DNA of 64,000 bases, taken from the NCBI RefSeq assembly GCF_009914755.1, contig NC_060925.1; one strand, written 5' to 3'. This DNA is from the human T2T-CHM13v2.0 reference genome, Homo sapiens. This document shows positions 27,809 to 41,321 of this stretch, piece after piece. The notes under the pieces were generated by a model that ran no database searches, was not told where the DNA came from, and saw nothing but the letters and a program-made list of their open reading frames with translations. The first letter of the stretch is position 1; each line of letters starts with the position of its first letter. A program made the translations under genes and the position numbers.

Positions 27809-28433
27809 CAATATGGAAGACATAAAAAAACTAAAGCTTGTAGAGATTAAAATGTAATGAAAACTACACTGGATGGAATATAGCACACAACTGTGAAGGA
27901 AACTATACCAAGGCACATCATAATCAAATTACTCAAAACCAGTGTTAAAGCAAAGGAACAAGAAAAAAAAGACATGCTATGTGCCAAGGAATAAAGATAA
28001 GAATGACAACAGATTTCTTTTTGGGAACAATGAGAGTGGGAAGACAATGAGCAACATCTTTAAAGTACTGAAAGGTATCAGCAGACCCATGCTACAAAAA
28101 ATGTAAAAGAACATCATCAGGCAGAAGGAAAAAAATAGTATCAGATTGAAGTCTGTTCTACACAAAGTAATGAATACCAGAAATGATAACTACCTGGGTA
28201 AATATATAAGATTATTTTCTTCTTATTTAAAGTAAGAGTGAGATTCTTATCAACAATAGCATAAAGGCTGAAGGGGAGAAATGGAAGTCTATTAGTGTAA
28301 TCTTATACATGATGTGGTATGATGTCACTTGAATGTAGAATTATAAAGATAAACAGCATAAACTCTTAAAGCAACCACCAAAATAACAAAGAGTTATAAC
28401 TAATAATTCAGCAAAGGAGATAAAATGAAATTA

Positions 28434-28830
<397 letters not shown>

Positions 28831-29089
28831 TCAAACCTAATGGTATCAATTAACTAAATTTAAATGTTGTAAACACCGTAATCAAAAGGCAGAGATTATC
28901 AAATTGTATAAAAAAGCAAGAACCAATTATATGTTGCCTACAAGAAACACACATTAAGGATAAAGACACAAATAGGTTAAAAGGAAAGAAGATGAAAAAA
29001 GATATAACATGTTGACCCTTGTCATAGGAAATGAGAATGACTAGATTAACATCAGACGGAATAGATTTCAAAGTAAAGAATATTACTGG

Positions 29090-29498
29090 TGTAGTCGGGG
29101 TTCTCTTAGAGGGACAGAACTAAAAGGATATGTATATAAGTATTAACTTACATGATCACAAGTTCCCACAATAGGCTGTCTGCAAGCTGAGGAGCAAGGA
29201 GAACCAGTCCGAGTCCCAAAACTGAAGAACTTGGAGTCCAATGTTCAAGGGCAGAAAGCATCCAGCATGGGAGAAAGATGTAGGCTGGGAGGGTAGGCCT
29301 GTCTCACATGTTTCTGCCTGCTTTATATTTGCTGGCAGCTGATTAGATTGCACCCACCAGATTAAGGGTGGATCTGCCTTTCCCAGCCCACTGACTCAAA
29401 TGTTAATCTTTTTTGGCAGCACCCTCACAGACACACCCAGGATCAATACTTTGTATCCTTCAATCCAATCAAGTTGACACTCAGTATTAACCATCACA
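29090..29498 (-). mobile_element. HERV-L 3' LTR (MLT2A-type)
   Basis: Minus strand TGTGATGGTTAATACT...ACTACA; preceded by PPT-like gacaaagggtggact (29499-29513); end matches the LTR remnant at 36094. Confidence 0.9.
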
Positions 29499-29829
29499 AG
29501 TCCACCCTTTGTCAACTGCCGAGATTATAAGGTCATAATTACACCTAACATAATACAGCCATCCTTCGTACAGCTGGAAACACACCAGTCCCCAACCCAA
29601 ATACTATTACATAAAGTTAATGATGCTTGAATGCTGATATGAAGTCAATAAATCTATGTCACATAATGAAGGAGAAAGGAAATAAAATGAAGATATTTTC
29701 TTAGTACAAGTGTATACATGCACAAACATGTTTTTAACAAAAGAAAGAGGAAATACTCATGACAATTGCAGTCCTTGTTTCTGCAGCTGGTCATGTGGTC
29801 ATAGCTAGTATTGATGATTACCCTTTCTA

Positions 29830-30250
29830 CTACCCATTCTGTATTCCCTTTACCTTCAGCAAGCACCTCATCAGGTCATGGTTTTGTGGGATTTTTTCCT
29901 GGTGGAGTGACCCAAACCTTCCTTCCTGAGGGGTCTGGACCATTTGTAGTCCTGCCTGGATTGGGCTGTTGTAGTTTCCCATTGCCTTAATCACAGGGCA
30001 TGGTAATCCTAAGAGATGCCCTAATGGATCTCCTGTATTCCATGCATAATCTTCCTTACCTCCATTGTGGAGTAGTAGACTGATTTCATCTTGATAATCT
30101 GGGTCAGTCACCCCAGCCAACACTGTAACTCCCTTCTTAGCCTCTTGACCTAAAGTTAGGCGGAGCCCAAAGTGTCCAGGTGGTAATCTTAACTTCCAGT
30201 TTAATGGAATCATTGTTTTGTCTCCTGGTGGCAGTGTTCCTCCCTCTGGA
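29830..30250 (-). pseudogene. ERV-L dUTPase remnant downstream of integrase
   Basis: IPLNWKLRLPPGHFG...VLAGVTDPDYQDEI resembles dUTPase motif 3 (GVIDxDYxGEI); post-integrase position is diagnostic of ERV-L. Confidence 0.85.
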
Positions 30251-31719
30251 ACTAAGACCTCTAAGCCAGGAGAACTAATGTTGCAGGAACAGAAAGCAAA
30301 AATTTTGCTAGTGGATCATTAGGGGTGATGATGAATGGTGCCACTTCCTCTTCCACCCATTGATTCCTGGACCTCTGAATCCTGGCCATGGGAGAAACAG
30401 TACCATATATTGGATGCTGATTCAGAGCATACATAGCCTTCTGGAGAACTTTGCCCCAGCTATTATCATCTAGTTGGCATTGTAATTGTGATTTCAAAAG
30501 GCCATTTCACCATTCTATCAATCCAGCTGCTTCAGGATGATGAGGAACATGGTAAGACCAGTGAATTCCATGAGCATGAGTCCACTGCCGCACTTCTTTA
30601 GCCGTAAGGTGAGTGCCTTGGTCAGAGGCAATGCTGTGTGGAATACCATGACAGTGGATAAGGCATTCCATGAGTCCACAGAGGTAGTCTTGGCAGAAGC
30701 ATTGCATGCAGGATAGGCAAACCCGTATCTGGAGTAAGCGTCTATTCCAGTGAAGACAAACTCTGCCCTTTCCATGATGGAAGAGGTACAATATAATCAA
30801 CCTGCCACCAGGTAGCTGGCTGATCACCCAGAAGAATGGTGCCATATCGAGGGCTCAGTGTTGGTCTCTGCTGCTGGCAAATTGGGCATTAAGCACTGGC
30901 TGTAGACAGGGCAGCCTTGGGGAGTGGAAGTCCATGTTGCTGAGCCCATGCATAACCTCCATCCCTGCCACCATGGCCACTTTGTTCATAGTCCCAGTGG
31001 GCGATGGCAGGAGTGGCTGGGGAAAGAGGCCGAGTGGTGTCCACAGAACAGGTCATCCTATCCACTTAGTTGTTAAAATCCTCCTCTGCTGAGGTCACCC
31101 ATTGGTGAGCACTCACATGGGATACAAGTATCTTCAGTTTTTGACCACTCAGAGAGGTCCATCCACATACCTATTCCCAAATTTCTTTGTCACCAGTTTT
31201 CTAATCATGCTCTTCCAAGTCCCTGACCATCCATCCAGCCAAATCATTGGCTACCTCCCATGAATCAGTATATAATCACACATCTGGCCATTTCTTCTTC
31301 CATGCAAAGTGCATGACCAGATGCACTGCTCGAAGTTCTGCTCTCTGGGAAGATTTTCCTTAACTGCTGTCCTTCGGGGATGTCCTAGAAAGGGGCTGTA
31401 GTGCTGCAGCTGTCCACTTTTGGGTGGTGCCTGCATATCGTGCAGAACCATTTGTGAACCAGGCTCTAGTCTTCCCTTCCTCTGTCAATTGATCATGGGG
31501 AATTCCCCATGAAGCCATCAGTGCAGGCTAGGGGAGAGAAGGCAGGGTGGCAGGAGTGGAGACCATAGGCATTTGAGCCACTTCCTCATGTAACTTACTT
31601 GTGCCTTCAGGACCTGCTCGAGCCCAATCACATATATACCACTTCATTTGATGATGGAATGCTGCTGTGTACGACCCACTTTATGGCTAGATGGGTGGGT
31701 CAGAAAGCACCCAGTTCAG

Positions 31720-32703
<984 letters not shown>

Positions 32704-35700
32704 AGAAAGCACACAGTTCAGGATGGGCAGTTCAGGTTGCGTGGTGACTTGATGACCCATAGTCAGATGTTCATTTTCCACCAAAGCCCAGTAACAGGCC
32801 AAGAGCTGTCTCTCAAAAGGACAGTAGTTATCTGCAGAAGATGGCAGGGCCTTCCTCCAAAATCCTAGAGGCCTCTGCTGTGATTCACCTATGGGGGCCT
32901 GCCAAAGGCTCCAAACAGCATCCCTATCTGCCACTGACACCTCAAGCACCATTGGATCTGCTGGGTCATATGGCCCAGATGGCAGAGCAGCTTGCACAGC
33001 AGCCTGGACCTGTTGCAGAGTCTTCTCCCATTCTGGACCCCTCAAAACTGGCAGCCTTTCGGGTCACTTAATAAATGGGCCGGAGTAATACACCCAAATG
33101 AGGAATGTGTTGCCTCCAAAATCCAAATAGGCCCACTAGGCATTGTAACTCTTTCTTGGTTGTAGGAGGGACCAAACGCAGCAACACCGTTAACTTAGAA
33201 GGAATGTCTTGGCAGGCCACACACCACTAGATCCCTAGAAATTTTGCTGAGGTAGAAGTTCCCTGAATTTTAGTCGGATTTATTTCCTATCCTCTGGCAC
33301 GCAAATGTCTCACCAATAAGTCCAGTGTGTTTGCTACTTCTTGCTCACTGGATCCAATCTGCATAATGTCATCAGTGTAATGGACCAGTGTGATATTTTG
33401 CGGAAGCAAAAAGCAATCAAGGTCTCTCCAAATAAGATTATGACACAAACCTGGAGAGTTGATATACCCCTGCGGTTAGGACAGTAAAGGTATATTGCTA
33501 GCTTTGCCAGCTGAAGGCAAATTGCTTCTGGTAGGCCTTGTGGACAGGAATGGAGAAAAAGGCATTTGCCAAGTCAGTGGCTGCATACCAGGTACCAGGA
33601 GATGTGTTAATTTGCTCAAGCAATGAAACCCCACATCTGGTACAGCAGCTGCAATTGGAGTCACCATTTGGTTAAGCTTACGATAATCCACTGTTATTCT
33701 CCAAGATCCATCTGTCTTCTGCACGGGCCAAATGGAAGAGTTGAACAAGGATGTGGTGGGAATCACCACCCCTGCATCTTTCAAGTGGCACTAATCTCCA
33801 CAATCCCTCCAGGGATGTGATACTGTTTTTGGTTTACTATTTTTCTAGGTAGAGGCAGCTCTAAGGGCTTCCATTTGGCCTTTCCCACCATACTAGCCCT
33901 CACCCTACCAGTCAAGGAGCCAATGTGGGGGTTCTGCCAGCTGTTAAGTATATCTATGCCAATTATGCATTCTGGCACTGGTGACATGACCACAGGATGA
34001 GTCTGGGGACCCACTGGACCCACTGTAAGTCAGACCTGAGCTAAAACTCCATTAATTACTTGACCTCCATAAGCCCCTACTTTAACTGGAGGGCAACAAT
34101 GACATTTTGGGTCCCCTGAAATCAACGTCAGCTCAGAGCCAGTGTCCTGTATCCGCGAAATGTCTGATCCTTTCCCTTTCCCCAGTGCACAGTTACCCTG
34201 GTAAAAGGCTGGAGGTCTCCTTGGGAAGGATGGGAGAAAGATTCACTGCGTAAATTGTCGGCAATGTAGTGGGGTCCTTCCTCAAGGGGATCCGGCCTCC
34301 CCTTCATTCAAGGGGTTCTGGGTCTGTAAACTGGCTCAAGTCTAGAAATTGACTGAGGGGCCATGATTCTCTGTTTTTATAATTCAAACTAGTTTTTTGT
34401 CCATTCAACCTAGAAGTTTTCTGCTTGTATAAATTAAGTAGGAATGCAGCAGGCTTCCTATTAATTTCGCTTCTAGGAACACCATGATTAATTAGCCAGT
34501 GCCAGAGCTCTACATGAGTCAGACTATTCTGATTGCCACTTTGCCTCTGCTGTGCATTATGGTAGCTATGCCCACCTTGCCTTTGACGATTGAGTGCTGC
34601 CACTTGGCAACCTGCCACCTCGGGATCCAGTTATCCCCATTGTGTTTAAATTTTGTAGCTAATGATTGCTGTTCCCACCGTTAGATCTGACATACAGAGA
34701 AAAGCAATTACAGGGCTCTTCAAAGATGCAGGTGCTGCCCTTACAAATCTGTTCCGCAAGGCATTGGTCAAGGATATATCTTCTGGACCCTCCCAGCTGG
34801 GATGAGTAGGTCTGAAGTGGCTAATCCACTCCACCATCCCAGTCTCCCTAATCCTTTGGATCCCTTCCTGTACGTTAAACCAAAGGAGATCACACATTTC
34901 CACCTCTCTCACGGTGGGCCATCTTTTAATCCATATTTCAGCTAACCAAGTAAATAAACTATTAGAACCTTTTTTACCTCTCCAAGCTGCAACATTAAAA
35001 GCAGAATGCCTACTTAGTGGGCCCAGATCAATAAATCCTGATCCAACCCTATGTTCCTTCCACTATTATCCCATACCCTTAATATCCATTCCCGTATCTG
35101 TTCTCCAGATTTCTTTCTATATAAATTAGAGAACTCAAACAGTTCTTTTCGAGTGTAGTACACCTCCTCGTGAGTCACACTCTCAACCTCACATCTAGGG
35201 GCCTGCCGGGACTTTAGGTCTAGAAGCAAACAGGGGTGTTGGGGGTGACTCCTGAGGAGAATCAACATTACTTTGCCTGGCAGCTGCCTCAAGAGAGGTC
35301 ATCACTGTTGCCTTAGGCAGCATAGGATTCATCTCCTCAGACAAAGGTGGAAAGCTGATGACAGCATGGGTTGAGGAGATGTTGCCACTACTGGGGATGG
35401 GGAAGCTCATCCTTCTGGCAAAAAAGGCTCATCAGAGTTTACAAACTCAGTTTCCCCGAGTTTCATCAGGGTCCTCCCACACATCCCCATTCCAAGTTGC
35501 AGGGTCCCATTCTTTTCCAATCATTGCCCTCACTTTAACAGCAGACATCTGGTGAGGCTGTGTGTGCATCTTTCGGCGTGCATCTTTCATTGCAGGTCAG
35601 CCACTTGCATGACAAGAGCTTGTGTCTGTTTTTCCACAATTTCAGCTCTTTCTCTGCAGGAGATAAGACTCTCACTTAGGGCAATCTTAGCAGATTTGAG

Positions 35701-36070
35701 GCTCAGTATCTGCTTCTGAAGCTGGGAGACAGAATCCCTGAGTTCATCATTTTCTTTCATTACTTTGTCCACTGAACTTAGGAGCAACCAACCAGCTTCA
35801 TTATGTTACTTGGTTTTCTACATATGGTCAAAGGTATTATGTATAGAGTCACTAAAATCCTTGCCTCTCATGAGCGGTGAATCAGGAGTGTCAAATGCAT
35901 TTATTTTGCATAATTCTCCAAACGGTTCACGCCAAGGACTATCAGCATTCTCCATACTATTAGAGGTAGAGTCCTTAGCAATTTTTTGGGGGGCTAATCA
36001 TATTCAGCAGCCAACTCCAGAAACCCCAAAGCCAATGAAAGAACTCCATCCTTAATATTCTGTTCCTCTA

Positions 36071-36088
36071 GAACCACACCTGGTACCA
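36071..36088 (-). promoter_or_regulatory. Retroviral primer binding site, tRNA-Leu type
   Basis: Minus strand TGGTACCAGGTGTGGTT just after the LTR end; complementary to a tRNA-Leu 3' end (...CTGGTACCA). Confidence 0.85.
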
Positions 36089-36093
36089 AAATC

Positions 36094-36133
36094 TGTATTA
36101 GTCAGGGTTCTCTTAGAGGGATAGAACTAATAG

Positions 36134-36173
<40 letters not shown>
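36094..36173 (-). mobile_element. HERV-L 5' LTR remnant (U5 end only) ending in an (AT)n tract
   Basis: tgtattagtcagggttctcttagagggatagaacta matches 29090-29122; (AT)n at 36137-36173. Confidence 0.9.
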
Positions 36174-36176
<3 letters not shown>

Positions 36177-36270
36177 CTTTAAGATCAATAAAATTAATAA
36201 GCCTCTAACCAGTCTGAGCAGGAGAAAAAGAGAAGACATAGATTATTAATATCAGGAAAGAGAGAGATGC
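36174..36270 (+). mobile_element. L1 ORF2 fragment (continuation of host L1)
   Basis: gttctttaagatcaataaaattaataagcctctaaccagtctg corresponds to degenerate WFFEKINKIDKPLARL. Confidence 0.75.
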
Positions 36271-37060
36271 CAGACAAGCCAAATACTGACAAGTCTGGGG
36301 ATGGGACTCCTGGGGGAGCTGCAAATTCCTTCTGGCTGCTGGAGTGTCTGCTAGGACTGCTTTGTTTGCAGTGTGACTGTAGGGCCGTTGGTTTTCAAGG
36401 CTACTGTGGAGCTGGGGTAGGGGTGAAGAGAATAGGACAAATTAAAATGCCACAGAGCTCGCTGTTCTCACTGAGTTTCAGCTTGTTTTCTTGAGTAAAT
36501 GCTCCTTAGATTGTCGCAAGTTTTTTATTAACTTTCGGAGTTCTGAAAAAGTCGACCTTTACAATTTTTGGCAGAGTACTGTTAGTGTGCTATCAGAACA
36601 ACTTCTATCTGTTTGTAACATCATACTTGGAACGCTTTTCCTTTATAAGCTTCATCAAAGTTTAAATATGTTCAGGAAACTAGTTCCTGGTAGACATTTC
36701 CAGAAGAAGAATCCAAAGCCCCAGACTGTGGTTCTTTTTCCCAAATGGACGAACTACATCCTTACTGGGAGTGTGTGCAATGTGTCTCCCATGACTGGGG
36801 CTCCTTCTCTCCCTTAACATGTCATGCGATTCCATCCAGATTGTCGAGGCCAGAACCTCTTTTCAGAAGAAATTTTTCTTTTATTATATATCACGAATAA
36901 CAGAGAATTCAGGCTAATCGTATCCTATTTATTTGTGCACAGATAGAAAGTTAATATCTTGCAGCTATTTTTCCTTGTCCTCCTTTTTTCGACCTTACAG
37001 AGACAATTCAAGGAACCATTTGCTGTTCATTAGTTTCCTTAACTTTATTCTTTACTTTAA

Positions 37061-37396
<336 letters not shown>

Positions 37397-37671
37397 TAAT
37401 ACCTCTTTATGTGATGTATGCTGCAAATCATAGAAAATAATCAGGTTTGTACTTTACTGTGGTTACAGTGCTGCAAGAAGGAATTTTTAAAAATAGAAAA
37501 TAGAGATCCTCTCCTTAGGCAGCATCCGATCTAATTAGGAGAATAAAACTAGGTAGAGTTAGTAATTCTCAGTTACGACGCCTTGTGTCAGATGTGTTTA
37601 GTGAAAGAACAAAGGAGAAGACAATATGGTCGAGCCCTTTATTGCCATTTCATATTTGGATGAGATAGGTA

Positions 37672-38300
37672 ATGATTCATTCATTCAGTCCATTCTTACT
37701 GAGCATCAAGTGTGTGCCCGACACTGTACTAGGTTCTGGAGATATGGCTATGACTTCAAAAATGCAGGCTTTGCTCTTGAGCCAACAGCCTAGAGAGAAA
37801 GTCTGCCAATAAATATGCAGGCAGGCAAGCAAATGAATAATGACATTCTGTGATAACTGCTGTAAAGAATAGCTACTTTAGATAAAGTGCTACTTTAGAA
37901 AAAGTGGCTCAGGAAGATCTTCCTGAGGAAATGAGAGCTGAACTGAAACTTGGAGGAATAGAATGAGCAAACCATAGAGATGGTCACTAGAAACCATTTC
38001 AGGCAATTCAGAGACCCTGAGGAAGGAAGGACTTGCCCACATTTTAGAAACAATAAGGAGGCTCAGGTGAGGATGGTAGGGAACCTGAAAGAGTGGTGTG
38101 TGATGAAGCTGGAGAATTTGGTGCCAGTTCATGCAGGCCTTAGAGGCTGTGGTGAGAAGTCTGGTTTATCCTAAGAGAAAGGGAAACCACTGAATAGTGT
38201 AAAGGAAGGGTGTGTATGACTCGATTTATAGTTTACTGAAAGATCACTTTGGCTGCTATATAGAGAATACATTGTAGGAGGAAGGAATGGAAGTAGGAAA
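37672..38300 (-). mobile_element. L2 3' end
   Basis: attcattcattcagtccattcttactgagcatcaagtgtgtgcc...; approximate. Confidence 0.75.
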
Positions 38301-38399
38301 AAATACTCCAAGTCTCTTGCCCTTATCCCTGCCCTGAGAACAAACAGAAGAAAAGTCATTTCCAGTTGTACAGAAATGTCTATTTGGAAATCCCTGCAA

Positions 38400-38690
38400 T
38401 ACAATGGAGAGGTCAGAGGATTCGGTGCCAGAAATCTCTGCATTTGTATCCCACCTCTTCCACTTACAAGCTGTGCGAATGAGGGCAAGTAGTTTAACTT
38501 TTTTTTCTTTTTTTTTTTTTTGAGACGGAGTCTCGTTCTGTTGCCAACATAATTTAACTTCATTAAGCTTCTGTCTACTTGTTTGTAAAATGAGGAGGAA
38601 TAATACCTAGCCTTTAGGGGTTTAGGAAGTGATATGATAGGGGGTGTGTGGAAAGTACCTGCAGATGGTCTCTTAGGGGTACCCAAAAAG
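38400..38690. mobile_element. MIR containing a severely 5'-truncated Alu (38501-38546)
   Basis: MIR core split by T tract + gagacggagtctcgttctgttgcca, with tttaactt on both sides. Confidence 0.7.
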
Positions 38691-39338
38691 ATGGTCTGTC
38701 CTCTTTCCTCTTCCTGGTGGTGAACTTCGATGTGAGACAGAACAGGAAGATGGCTGCTTCCTGCAAGGAGCCTCTAGACATCCATGCATGTCTGAGTGTG
38801 GCAAGTGTCCTCTGTGATGGCACTGATACTGATCAGGGCTGTGTAAATAGAGTCAACCCTAATGCCGCTGACTTAATCGTTTCGTTCCCGAGAAGGGAGT
38901 TGACCTTAGTAGAGGAAACTGTTACAATTTGGTAGCCATTTGAGCTCCTGGTTCTCTAATTTAAATTGTCTTGAAGGAATTTGGAGCAAGAGAGAAGCAT
39001 CGATAGCATAGTGTTTAGGAGTGCTGGCCTTGGGGTCAGACAGACCGAGATTCAAGTTCTAGTTTTGCCACTGACCAGCAGTGTGACCTGAAGCAAGGGC
39101 CTCTCTTCTCAGCTTCTTCCTCTGTGATATAAGGACAGAGCTCATGAAGTTGTCATAAGGATGGCAGCAAACCCTTAGTTTAACCACCAGCGTTACAGGT
39201 ATGATGTGACTTGGGATCATGCATATGAAGTGGCTAGCATGGAGCTTCGCACATAGTATCACCTGTTTTATTTTTTTAATTAAATTTTTTGTTTCATTCA
39301 GCAGGTTGTGGACTTAAAAAATTACTTTTTTCAAATAG

Positions 39339-39638
<300 letters not shown>

Positions 39639-39681
39639 AGTAGTTGATTTTTTAACCAATGAATAAAAATTGTGTATAGTT

Positions 39682-40036
<355 letters not shown>

Positions 40037-40324
40037 CTAAATTGAGCTAATATATGTATTGCCTCACATACTTATTTTTTTGAGGTGACAAAACAAAACC
40101 TATTCTCTTAGAAAAGCACTCCCCTAATGAAATTTAGCATCTGTTATTATGACTGCTTACTTTATTATGACTGCCCTTTTGTGAACTGCTATTGAGATCG
40201 AGTGAAATGACAAGGGTACTTTCTGAGCAACCTGCGCATTATGAGGCCCCACTCAAGCGTAAAAATGAAAACTGAGCCACTGGTCTGTTTTTGTTTTTGC
40301 TTTGCTACCTTTCCATGGCCGTAG

Positions 40325-40474
40325 GTGGACAATCAGCTCATTGGTACCACGCAGCCCTTCATGCTCTATGTGACTCCCCTGAGCAATGAGAATGAGGTCA
40401 TCGAGACCGGCCCAGCTGTGCAAGTCAACGCAGTGAAGTTCCCCAGTAAGAGTGCACTGACCAACATCTACAAG
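40325..40474 (+). CDS. VPS13D: VPS13D exon: VDNQLIGTTQPFMLYVTPLSNENEVIETGPAVQVNAVKFPSKSALTNIYK
   Basis: ccgtag| acceptor, AAG|gtgggc donor; 150 nt; completes the conserved Q.DNQL motif across the 13.8-kb intron. Confidence 0.95.
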
Positions 40475-40814
40475 GTGGGCTGGTGGAGGAGGCTGGTGGG
40501 TTGATGCCATGCTGGAACGTTGATTTGTTCTCTCACAGCCAAGTCTCAGAGCAGCAGTGCCGGGTGCTGATGGGAATAGCTCTGCAGGGTTAAACCACAT
40601 GTGACATAATAGATTGTTTGGAGGAATTGACAGGAACTCCTCCTTCTCAGTTGTGTTTTCAGTGACCTTGCAGGTGACAGTTTGATGGTACTGAGTCCAT
40701 ATAGGCCAGAGTCCATATTCATCAGAGTGAAGTCACTGTAGGAAAGTATAGCATCTTCTAGATAGGTCAGGACCAGGCATGATCCAGATCTATTATTAAA
40801 AATAGAATAACCCC

Positions 40815-41087
40815 AGCTGGGCTCACTGGCTCTCACCTGTAATCTCAGCACTTTGGGAGGCTAAGGCGGGTGGATCTCTTGAGCCCAGGAGTTTGAGACC
40901 AGCTTGGGAAACATGGTGAAACCTCATTTCTATAAAAAATACAAAAATTAGCTGGACCTGGTGGCAAGCACCTGTGGTCCCAACTACTTACTTAGCAGGC
41001 TGAGGTGGGAGGTCCTGAGCCTGGGAGTTCGAGGCTACAGCGAGTCACGATCACACCACTGCACTCCAGCCTGGGTGATAGAGTGAG
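40815..41087 (+). mobile_element. AluJ
   Basis: Diverged dimer. Confidence 0.85.
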
Positions 41088-41098
41088 ATGTGCACCTG

Positions 41099-41104
<6 letters not shown>

Positions 41105-41150
<46 letters not shown>
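41105..41150. repeat. (CA)23 microsatellite
   Basis: Directly visible. Confidence 0.97.
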
Positions 41151-41152
<2 letters not shown>

Positions 41153-41321
41153 AACCCTGAAATATTGGGAAAGGGCTATGATGGGTCTGACCTTGAGACA
41201 GACGTGCTGCTACCTAAGTTACCACACTGTTTACCAAAAGCAGATAGTTACAAATGATAAACTTTCTTTCTTGGAGGAGTCTCCACGCACAAGCTAGCTG
41301 TTCCAGCAGCAAACTCTGGAA

